From contig CDMY01000091.1 of the NCBI GenBank assembly GCA_001179505.1, positions 124,001 through 188,000 on the forward strand: a stretch of DNA of 64,000 nucleotides, read 5' to 3'. How positions within the stretch are numbered: the stretch's first letter is position 1; each line of letters opens with the position of its first letter. Made by a program: the position numbers and the translations under genes. Shown here in pieces: positions 48,901 through 60,343 of the stretch. Source of the DNA: Vitrella brassicaformis CCMP3155 (lineage: Eukaryota; Protista; Chromerida). The notes below the pieces were generated by a model. That model ran no database searches. It was not told where the DNA came from and worked only from the letters and a program-made list of their open reading frames with translations.

Positions 48901-50378
48901 ATGCCGTCACGCGCATTCAGCCGATGGGCGTCATCGCTTGACGCCCACTCATCCGTCCGCTTCCCGGGGCTGCAGAGCTGCGCGATGGCGATGGCCAGGA
49001 GCGGCAGATCTGGCAGATCTGCGCTTCCCTTGACGGCAGCGATCCTTGCGGGCGGCGTGGTGGCCGGCTGTGTGGCGTCAAAGCACTTCCAGCACCTGCT
49101 GCTCATGCACACGAGGCAGCGGCAATCCTGTTCATCAGCAGCCAGATGTGAGAGCCCCCAAGACAGCACCAGCAGCACCAGCACCCCGACCAGCACGACA
49201 AGCAGCATCTTCCCGTTCGCTTCTTCTGCTAAAGAGCGGCTGATCATCTTTTGTAAGTACCCTCGCCCCGGCTTCTCCAAGACCCGGCTGGCGCCCGCCT
49301 TGGGGCCGGGGGGAGCCGCCCTGGCGCACAAGGAGATGGCGGAGGACACATTTCGGCTGGGCAGGGCCTTCCAACTTGACCGCAGGAAGGCCTCTAGCTC
49401 TTCATCTGACGGTGTGCCTGATGTGGAGATCTTCCTGGTGGGCGAGAGCAAAATCAAATTCAGGCGGTGGCTGAAACGGGCGCTGATCGACCCCTCTGTG
49501 TCTGCCGCTGCCGCTGCTGGTGCTGGTGCTGGTGGTGGTGCTGGTGGTGGTGATGCTGGTGGGAAAAAGGACAAGCACGAGGTGGCGGCGAAATGGGAGG
49601 ATCGGCTTGAGGCGGCCCAGGACTTCTACGACGAGCGGCGCAACATCTTCAGCGGCTTCACGCTCCCCGCCGTCCCCATCAAGGACGCCCTCATGCCCCT
49701 CGTCCACAAGGCCCTCGGCACCGACAAAGACACAGACACAGACAAGGACAAAGACAAAGAGGGGAAAGAAGCGACAGAGAAGAAGCCATTATCCCCCGCC
49801 CAGAAGCAGAGGAAAGAAGAGCAGCAGCTGGCATTTCGCCTCGAGCCGCAGCCTGACGGCGATCTCGGCCAGAAACTGCGCCAGGCGTTCGTGCGGGCCT
49901 TTGGTGAGGGCAGACAGAGGGTGGTGTCTGTTGGGACGGACTGCCCGGATCTCTCTGTCGATCTGCTGCGAGAGGCCTTCGACCACCTGAAGAAGGACAA
50001 GACCGTCGTGGTGGGCCCGGCGACCGATGGCGGATACTACCTCATCGGTGAGCGCCCGTCTGACCTGACGACACACACACTGCACTGCGCACAATGGCCG
50101 GCGATGCCAGACCAGATGGATGGATGGATCTCTGTGTGTGTGTGTGTGTGTGTGTGCAGGTCTGTCGGAGCGGTGTGACGCCCTGTTCCAGGACATTGAC
50201 TGGTCGACGAGCAAGGTGCTCTCGCAGGCCCTCCAGCGCGCCAAGGATGCCGGCTTCAAGGTCCACAAGCTGCCCACACTCAGCGACATAGACACACCTA
50301 GCGACCTGCCCGTCTTGGAAAAGGTCAGCAATGCCGGGAAAAGAACAAAAAAGGGGGCTGCACGTGTGTATAAGTGTC

Positions 50379-50410
<32 letters not shown>

Positions 50411-52013
50411 GTGGTTTGTTGGCAGGCTCGTGCACGTGCAGGTCGTGTGCCGTCGCGGGCTATCAGAGAGAGGACGTGCAGCATCGGTAGGTCAGACAAG
50501 AGAAACTACACACACACACTGACATCTGTCTATGTGTTGTGGTGTGTTGTGCTGCGTGTGTTTTGTGCAGGTGTAGTGATCCCGACGCTCAACGAGGCGG
50601 CGACCATCGCGACCACCATCCACACGCTGCTCTACCGCGCCTCATCGCCCACCGCACACAACATTCAAGTGGTCGTCTCAGGTCAGCCAGCATCCCAAAC
50701 CTCTCCCTCTCACTCACACACACACACACACACGCAGAGAGATTATCGGTCAGAGAAAACGCCCCGAATGCGCGTGTGTGCAGATGCTGGCAGCACCGAC
50801 GGCACGTACGAGAAGGTCAAGCAGCTAGTGCGCGACCACCCTAAGCGCGTGAGGTACGTCTGGGGCCGCCGGTCGAGGGCCGAGCAGTTCAACAGGGGAG
50901 TGGACGCTTTCGACACGCCACCAGACATTCTCTTCTTCCTCCACGGCGACACCACCATGGCTCACGTGCGTCAGGAGAGACACACACGCCTCTCTCTCCC
51001 TCTCTCCCCGTGTGTGGGCCCCCCCTCTCTGTGTGTGTGTGTGCAGGGTTGGGACAGAGACCTTGTTGACGCGCTCCTCTCCGACCCTTTCAATGTCGCC
51101 GGCGCATTCCGGTTCAAGGCAAGCCTCGGATCGCCAACACATGAGCTCACAGCATCTGTGCCATGGGCTGTGTGTCGTGCTGCTGCTGTGTGTGTGTGTG
51201 TGTGGTAGGTGGATTCGCCTCGCTGGCTGCTGCGTGCGATTGAGTGGAGTGTCTTGAAGCGGTGCGAGTGGTTCCAGTTCCCCTACGGCGACCAGGGGCT
51301 CTTCATGGCTCACAGCACATTCCAACGGGTGTGTGTCCCTGTGCATACCCACACACATCATCTCTCTCTCTCTCTCTCTGTGTGTGGGTCTCTCTCTCTG
51401 TCAGCTTGGCGGCTTCCGGACAGACCACCCCATCATGGAGGACTTTGAGATCGTAACCATCCCCCTCACAAACGACACACACATCTGTCTCTGCAGTCAA
51501 GCTCCTGGTCTCCCCCTCTCTCTCCCTCCCTGTTGGTTTGTGCAGGTGCAGCGGCTGCGCAAGATGGGCCGCATCGCTTTGACAAAGGAGGACGCCACGA
51601 CGTCAGCCCGGAGATGGGACCTGCACGGCGTACCAAAGGTGGGCATATCTTACCCTCACCCAGCACACAGTGGTACTTGTGTCTGTCTGTCTGTCTCTCT
51701 GTGTGTGCGCCAGGTGACTTTTCTCAACTGGTTTTTCGCCCTGGCTTACCTGTGGGGCGTCTCGCCCAAGACCATCTACAAGTGGTCAGCATAGATAGAG
51801 TCATGTGTGTGCCCATCCATCCATCCATCCATCAGGTATTACGGGCGCCCCGCAGCTCGTGAGGACCGGCCGGCCGACGCGGTGCCGGCGGACCTTCCGC
51901 CGACGGAGAAGCCGCCGCCGATCGTGCCAAGGCCCGCCAGGGTGCCCAAGATCCCCGAGTTCGGCAGTGGGGCTGGCCCCGACTTCCAAGACCAGCTGAG
52001 ACCACCTGAGTGA
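48901..52013 (+). CDS. Fusion of a DUF2064/TIGR04282-like transferase and a TIGR04283-like GT2 glycosyltransferase, with N-terminal leader; multi-exon
   Basis: DUF2064 motifs: IFCKYPRPGFSKTRL, QPDGDLGQKLRQAF, VGTDCPDL, VGPATDGGYYLIG, LFQDIDWSTSKVL, LPTLSDIDTPSDL. GT2 motifs: VVIPTLNEA, DAGSTDGT, RAEQFNRG, FFLHGDT, PYGDQGLF, GGF..PIMEDFEIV|QRLRKMGRI, TTSARRW..GV, IYKW|YY. Confidence 0.93.
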
Positions 52014-52125
52014 TTGACGTGAGCTGGCTGAGCATGTCGGCGTGTCCTTTATTCCTTACGATTGACCTGTGTCTAATGCACGTCTGCAGCAGACGTGACA
52101 TGCTTTGAGGTGTGTGGTATTGTGC

Positions 52126-52222
52126 GTGTCTCGTGTCACCTGGATCTCCGTCACGACGTGCTGTGGCTGTTGGCAAAGCAGCCGTGGCGTGGCGTGACGG
52201 CAAGGCTGACGACATGCGACAC
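52126..52222 (+). ncRNA. Candidate structured-RNA hairpin, copy 1 (97 nt)
   Basis: Outer stem gtgtc..gacac; inner stem ccgtcacg/cgtgacgg plus about 13 bp with G-U pairs, around loop ttggcaaag. Confidence 0.45.
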
Positions 52223-52663
52223 GGACAGGCGACGAGAGAAAGAGAGAGAGGGGTTCGGATTTTGTTGTGTTTGGGGTGATGTGAGCTGAGAGAGATGGGC
52301 CTTATGCGCTTCTGCGTGTGCGTGTGCGTGTGAGAACGGTTTGATGCTGTGACACACAGGCTGCTGGTGGATATGTGTCGGTGTGAGGATGTCATTCAGG
52401 CCCTTGGGGTCAACATCGACACAGCGTGTCATGAGATATGTGAAGTACCCATCTACCCACACCTACCCTCATCCATTCACGAGAGAATGTATGGATGTGA
52501 TGCCGATGTGTGACGTTTGATGTAGTAAGAGGTGACAGGGAATCCACCGGCACCCAGACGCATTAAATGTGAGAATCCATCCATCCATCCGTCAATGAAT
52601 TCACCACCCACCGATCCACACACACACACACACACACACAAACCTCTCTCTCGTCGCCTGTCC

Positions 52664-52760
52664 GTGTCGTGTGTCGTCAGCCTTGCCGTGACGCCAGGCT
52701 GTGGCTGCTTTGCCAACAGCCACAGCCTGCCGTCACGAGGTAGCCCTCGACACACGACAC
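52664..52760 (-). ncRNA. Candidate structured-RNA hairpin, copy 2 (97 nt), inverted relative to copy 1
   Basis: Perfect 13-bp outer stem gtgtcgtgtgtcg/cgacacacgacac; 21-bp inner stem with one mismatch; same 9-nt loop as copy 1. Confidence 0.5.
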
Positions 52761-52886
52761 GCACAAGCGACCAACCGACCTCACCACAACCAACACACCA
52801 GACCTCATGACAACCTGATAGTGATCATCATCAGCAGTAGGAAGATGCGCACACAACACAGAGCCACCTGTCTGATGCCCGCGCCA

Positions 52887-52982
52887 TGTCGTGTGTGCGA
52901 CGCCTTGCTGTGGGGCCAGGCCGGGGTGGGTGTGCCGCGAACCGCAGCTTGACACTCTAGCAGGCCGTCTCACACGCGACAC
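52887..52982 (-). ncRNA. Candidate structured-RNA hairpin, copy 3 (more diverged)
   Basis: Outer stem tgtcgtgtgtgcgacg/cgtctcacacgcgaca is retained, and flanks resemble copy 2 (gcgaccaacc). Confidence 0.35.
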
Positions 52983-53124
52983 GCATAGGCGACCAACCTT
53001 AGAAGACAGCACAAAACAAAACGATGCGGCAGCACACAAACGAAGAAGCCCCCCATGACACACGAAAGACCTCCCCCCTCCCCCTCCCTCTCTCTGTCGC
53101 ATCACGGCGCCTGTTGTTGCACTG

Positions 53125-56074
53125 CTACTGCTGCTGCATCGTCTTTATGTGTGTCAGCCGCTTGTGCGCCAGCCTCAGCACCTTTTGCAGGCGGCTCTGC
53201 TCGCCACTCAGCCTGTCCTGCTCCCCACTGCACTCGTCAATGAAGGCCCACGCCTCGTCGGCCGTCCCGAAGCCGGCGTCTGGTAGGGAGAACCTGTCGG
53301 GGCAGGTGCTCTCGAGGTAGGCGTTGTGCTCTTCTAGGTGCTTCTGCCGGCTCTTCTCCAGGTTGAGGCGGTAGAGCAGGTCGTTGGTGTGGTCGGCGAG
53401 TGCGCGGACGTGACGGTCGACGTCGTCGCACACCGAGATGGCCGCCTGGATGATCTGGGGGGCCGGGGAAGGCCTGCACAGACACAGACACAGAGAGGCA
53501 GACAGCAGACAGGGATAGGTGTCGAGTTGGCCGCTCGCTCTCTCTCTTGTGTAAATGTGTGTGGCGTGTTTACGTGTTGGTTGGCGTGTCTGCCTTGTTC
53601 GTGCTGCTGTTGTTGCTGTGGTTCTTGCCGGGGTGTGTCTTCGTTTTGGGGACCTGTATGGGCGTCTGTGTCTGCGGCTGTGGCTGCGGCTGTGGCTGCG
53701 GCTGTGTCTGCTGCGGACGCGCCGCCTCCATCCCTCTCCCCGTCTGCATCTCCCCCTTTCCCTCTCCCATCAGGCCGTCGCCATCCTTGGGTGGGCTTCG
53801 CTGGGAGCTGATGCTGCTATGTTTGCTGGGTGTGGCGAAGGGGTCGTTGGCCCCATCATGAACATCATCCTCATAGTAGTCGCTCACCGACTCCCCCTCT
53901 CCCCGAGAGAGGCCGTCGTCACTCCCAGGAAACAGACAGCACCCGCCGTCCTCGTGCTGATGCTCATGCTCATGTTGGCCATGGTGCCCGCGGTGGCCTC
54001 TGGGGCCCAGAGTCACGTTGACATGCGCGTGGGCATCCTCCCACACGCCAATGCCGCCAACAGCGGTACCAAGCGACCCGCCCGCCGAGAGGGAGGGGTA
54101 GTGCGTGTCGTAGACCTCGATGCTTTCGGCCACCTCCCGTGTGGGGGTGAGGTCGGTGATGATGGGAGCTGGGGGCGGGGTGGCCTGGTTGTGGCTGTGG
54201 TCGTGTGGGCTGGCTGATGCTTGTCGGGGTGTGTGGGTGAGAGGGGCGTCAGGCTGCAGCAGGGAGGTGGCTGTGTGCCGGTGGGTGGGGTCGTGGCCGA
54301 GAATGACGACATAGCGGGGAGAGTAACTGAGGAGACAGAGAGAGAGAGGGATGACAGTGTGTGTCACTGTGAGGGTGTATTTGTGTGTGTGTGTGTGTGG
54401 CTGACGACTGACCCCCTCCGCCAGTTCATGCAGAATATGTCCATGTCCAGCTGCTCGATGTCCGAGAGGCTCATGGCTGGGGGCGATGTCGTCTCGAGGA
54501 TGCTCACGTCATCCCTACACACACAAACCAGAGAGAGAGAGCGAGATGGCCGCAATCATATCATGCCCTACCCCACTCACCACCTACCTGTTCTGCAGCT
54601 CCTTGACGTCCTCATCCGTCACTCCCTTGCTGTTGCTGATGACACGGATGCACAGGTCGGCGTAGTACCTCCCTCTGGCCCGCTCAGCCTTGGTGCCTGC
54701 AAGACCCCATCCCCCCCAATCCCCCCACAATAGGCGGCTGGGGGGCGGGGGATTTGTGTGTGGGGCTACCGGCGAGAAGCAGCATAGTATCGCCGATGTT
54801 GTTGATGACGCACCGGGCGGCCCTGCCGACTTGCTCCCGGTGCTTCAACACACAGCCGATGTCTTCGGGCACTACATACTGCGTCCATCCGCACACCCAC
54901 ACCTCTGAGTGTTCTCGTGTGGTGTGGTGTGGTGTGGTGTGCTGTGCTGATGGGCTGACCTTGTCGACGGCGAGCCCATCGATGTGGTCCAGCAGCTTGC
55001 TCTCGCGGATGTACTCAGTGGCGAAGTACTTGCCGGGGAAACACTTCTGAGACACACACACATGCATATGCCTTGTTAGGGGTGTTCGCACAGCTGCATG
55101 AGTGCGTGTGGCTGTGTTTGTGCCCTTGCCTCGATCATGCTGTAGATGTGGAACTCCGCCCCAAGACGATGGAGACTGCATCACCACACACGCATAGAAC
55201 AGACCATGCACCCAACCGAACACCCACCCTCCCTCCGTCTGCTTACGGCTGTCCCCACAGGACCAGCAGCTGACCAGCACCAGCACCCTCACACGCCGGC
55301 TTCCCAGGTATCTCCGGCTCCCCAAGCTGCTCAGCCAGGCCCCGTCTGTCCCGCGAACGGGCTCCCTTGACGTTGACGAAATGCCCCACGACGGTGTGGC
55401 TCTTGCTGATCTGCCGGAGTGTCTCGCCGCGCTTGCCCATGACCAGCCCGACGGCGTCATTCGGCACTGGGATGAGCGAGACGTCGTCACGCCTGCACCG
55501 TCAGCAAAACACATCACACCTGCGCGTGTCTGCGGTGCTGCGTACGGAGGTACCCGGTGAGCTTGGAGATGTGGAGGGTGTGGCTCAGCTGGTTCTGCTG
55601 CTGCTGGTTGTTGTTGTTGTGCTGGTTCTGGTGTTGGTACTGCATGGCAGCTGCGTTGTCCAGGAGGAACAGCAGGTAGGTCCGCGCCTTGTCCACCTGA
55701 TCGTGGCCGTCGCCGCTGATCACAAGCTCAGAACGGCCTGCACACACCACACAACACACAGCAAACCACACATTCAGGCACATGCCGTATCTCGCCACCC
55801 CAGATCTGGAAGCGTGTTGATCCCTCGCTCACCTCGCCCGGCGAAGTCAATCTTTGCCCCGCCAGCCATGGTTTCCAGCACCGGCAGCATCTCGTCCTCG
55901 TCTCCCAGCGCTCGGGCGAGGGTGTGCGGGTTCCTCACAGGCACACGCGCGACGCAAGGGACCATCGGCGTGCTCTTGCTGTTGCTGTTGCTGCTACAGC
56001 GGCTGCTGGAAGGCTGCTGCATCGCTTTCAGCCGCAGAACCGCGCCAGGAAAGATCTGCCTCTTCTCGGCTTAG
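53125..56074 (-). CDS. KH-domain RNA-binding protein with low-complexity linkers and a C-terminal coiled coil, multi-exon; 5' end slightly upstream and unresolved
   Basis: IPVPNDAVGLVMGKRGETLRQI is a KH domain with GXXG. Further KH-like segments are ELVISGDGHDQVDKARTYL and VVPEDIGCVL..MLLLAG..ERARGRYY. Confidence 0.75.
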
Positions 56075-56284
56075 CTCGCAGTAAGTGGATCGGCTGGGTG
56101 GCAAAGGGGAGAAAGAGGAAAGAAAGCGGCTGTGCAGTGACCGCAGAGAGCGCAGGTCGTCAGCGTTGAGCCCTTCGTCGCTTCTGATTGCCGCGTGACG
56201 TGGAGATCACCTCGGCATCTGTGCGATTGGTGCGGCCTGGGCGGTCCTTAACGGGCTTGTGTTGGCCTCTGTGTGCTGCTCGTC

Positions 56285-57498
<1,214 letters not shown>

Positions 57499-58771
57499 AT
57501 GCATGCGTCAGATGTGTCATGTCAGTCATGTGTGGCGTGTACCTGACTGCCTGCCTGTCATCCTGCCTGCCTGCCTGTGTGTGGTGTACGTTGCTGCCTC
57601 CTCCCTCCCTCCCTCCCTGTCTGTCTCTATCCATCCCACTGTCCATGTGCGGTGTGTGCGGCTTTCTCTTTCTCTCCGTGTGTGTCGTGTTGTGTGCGTA
57701 TGGGTCGGTCTGGTGGTTGGTTTGGTCAGTGGGATGGGGGGGGTGGGGATGTCATGTTTGCCTTGTACAATTGCGGGCCGGGCGGAATGGGGCGGCTGGG
57801 TGAGTGAGTGGGTAATTTAGGGGAGCACACGGGGGGTTTCTTTCCTTGTTCCTGCCTGCCGGCCTGCCTGCCTGCCTGCCAGTCACATCAGTCGATTGTG
57901 CAAATCACAGTCAGCAGGTAGCCAAGGCAGGCAAGGCACCACACCACACACCACACCACACACACGAGAGAACACAGCGCGTGTGTGTGGCATTTTTGTC
58001 CCTTCCGTCTTCTGTCTGTCTTTCTGTCCACTGGCCATCGGTTCCTTCGTTTTCTGGCTCATTGGCTTCTCGTCTCGTGTGTACACTAAGACCGACCAAA
58101 CCTCTTGCCCAGCTTCCTCTACACGCACACATCCACACACACACACGCGCCTGTCTGTCTATCACTCAGGGAGAGGTAGGGACGTTTTCTCAAACAGACG
58201 AGGAGAGAGGATGCATACGCTTGTTCGTTCATCGCTGCTGGCTGGCTGGCTGCATGCTTTTTGCGCAATTTTGAATGGGTCTAGGTGGGTGGGTGGGTGA
58301 GCCGGTGGGTGGGTGGGTGATCGTTGCAGTGGGGGACTGTTTGTGTGTACTATGGTGCGCGTCATGCGTGGCGTGTGCATAGCACGGCATATGGGTGTGT
58401 GTGTATGTGTGTGTGTGTCTATGCAGTACTGGGTGGGTGAGTGGGTTGGCGGGCGGGCCGTCCTGAGACTTTACAGCCGCCGTCGCCCCTCCCTCCCTCT
58501 CTGTCCATGAAGGTATCTGTGTGTGGTTGTGTCCGTGCTATGCTACGCTATGCTGTGCTGTCCATCGATCCATGTGGTGCTTTGTTGCGTGCTGACATCC
58601 CTCTCTCTGCCTGCCTGCGTGTGTCTCCCTGAATTCAAGTACGTGTTTCAATCCATCGCCTGTGAGGTAATCACACAGACGGTATCATTCCCTTGAAGGC
58701 TCGTTGCCACTGCGAGCGGCAGCGGCGAACGGCGCCACGACCAGAACAGTGACAAGAATCGAGACTCTTTG

Positions 58772-58997
58772 CAAGGCAAGCATCTTGGTGGTCCAAAACT
58801 GACTGCGAGCCACGAAAACCGACCTCTGAGCCCAAAACCAGCTTTGCACAGTGCAAAACCGGTTTTGCGACAGAGAAAACCGGTTTGCGATAGAGAAAAC
58901 CGGTTTTGCTTGTTTTCAAAGCCCGGTTTTCCCTGTTTGAGTGCCGGTTTTATAGAGACACGACCACAAATAGATGTCTCCGCAAAAGTGTGGCCCG
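58772..58997 (+). mobile_element. Foldback/MITE-like element, copy 1 (runs into gap)
   Basis: Matches the left arm and core of 63433-63818; starts CAAGGCAAGC. Confidence 0.8.
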
Positions 58998-59297
58998 NNN
59001 NNNNNNNNNNNNNNNNNNNNNNNNNNNNNNNNNNNNNNNNNNNNNNNNNNNNNNNNNNNNNNNNNNNNNNNNNNNNNNNNNNNNNNNNNNNNNNNNNNNN
59101 NNNNNNNNNNNNNNNNNNNNNNNNNNNNNNNNNNNNNNNNNNNNNNNNNNNNNNNNNNNNNNNNNNNNNNNNNNNNNNNNNNNNNNNNNNNNNNNNNNNN
59201 NNNNNNNNNNNNNNNNNNNNNNNNNNNNNNNNNNNNNNNNNNNNNNNNNNNNNNNNNNNNNNNNNNNNNNNNNNNNNNNNNNNNNNNNNNNNNNNNN
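58998..59297. other. Assembly gap (300 N)
   Basis: Run of N. Confidence 1.
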
Positions 59298-60343
59298 GTG
59301 CTGCTGGTGGTAGTGGTGGTGGTGGTAGTGCTTGGGCTGGTGGTGGTGGTGGTGGTGGGGCTGGTGATGTGGCGGCGCCAATGGATGCGGGAAGGGGGCG
59401 GCCGCGTGCAGCAGGGGGGCGGGGGACGGTGGCTGGAGCGGAGCGATGGGAGCGACGGTGGGGACGGGGCCAGGCACTAGGGGGACGGGGCGGGGGTGTG
59501 CGTGTTGGGGAAGGAGGGGAGGGAGGGCGGCGGCGCTGTGCTGCTGGACAGGGGCGGCTGGGGGGGCCTGAGCGGGCTGACGACAACACACAGACAGCCA
59601 CACAGACATCAAATTACTGCATCAATCACAGTAAGTGCCTGCCGATCCCTCCCGCCCTGCACACATGGTGCAGCCATGCCTACCTGCTGCTGCTGCTGCC
59701 GGGCGCGCAGCTCCTCCAGCTGACGGCGCAGCTCCTGCACCTCCCTCTCGGCCGCCAGCTGCACAAGCCAGACAGAGAAGGCATCGAACACCAGGATACA
59801 CACACATCCACTGATCAGCGTGTGTGTGGATGTCAGTCAGTAAGTCCCGGATAGATAGGGCTGACCAGCCGTGTGCGCTGCACTGCAAATCGGTCGCCGC
59901 CCGTCCGCAGATACTCCTCAGCCTTCAGCAGCTTCCCTGCAAGGAAAGCATTCAGAGGCACATGAGTGATGACCCCTTTCATCACATCATCGCGGCGGCG
60001 TACCGCCCAAGTAGTGGTGGTTCACGATGAGTTCGAGCAGGTCCATCTCAAGTTGGCGGCGCGTGATGCGGTCGAGCACTGCAGTCAGTCATCACAGACA
60101 CCAAGAGAGGACACACAATGACGGAGAAGAAACGAGCATGCAGTGAGAACGGCCTTTCGGCGCCCCGCCCTCCCTCTTGCCCCGTCTGTCCGTCTGTCTG
60201 TCTGTCTGTGTGCTGGCTGGCTGCGTGGCTATCCATGTGTCCTCCTCACGCTGACGGAGACGTTCCAGCCTCTCGTGCTTCGCCTTCGGCCATTGCTCGA
60301 ACTTGCACGCTTCGATGAAAAGGTCGGGCCGCTGGGTCGCCAT
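59298..60343 (-). CDS. Hypothetical multi-exon protein with a coiled coil and Pro/His/Gln low-complexity tail (3' end in gap)
   Basis: Spliceable exons MATQRPDLFIEACKFEQWPKAKHERLERLRQREED, AVLDRITRRQLEMDLLELIVNHHYLG|GKLLKAEEYL, LAAEREVQELRRQLEELRARQQQQQ. Confidence 0.5.

Noticed and set aside
48901-52013. Bacterial contamination or an operon as the source of the DUF2064-GT2 gene
   Set aside because: It has many GT-AG introns with host-type microsatellites, sits next to eukaryotic genes, and no arsS/arsM neighbours are present in the window.
52126-52230. Hairpin 1 as a single-hairpin H/ACA guide RNA (ACA follows the stem)
   Set aside because: ACA lies about 24 nt from the top of the internal loop rather than the expected 14-16 nt.
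52126-52982. Hairpins as SECIS elements (tempting because the GT families are called selenodomain-associated)
   Set aside because: There is no RUGA/GA kink-turn quartet with 11-13 nt spacing to the apical AA, and no in-frame TGA in the reconstructed flanking genes.
1-56074. An RNA-silencing gene cluster (RDR, two KH proteins, hairpins)
   Set aside because: The elements are spread over 55 kb with unrelated genes between them; KH proteins are common, and co-location is not evidence of a shared pathway.
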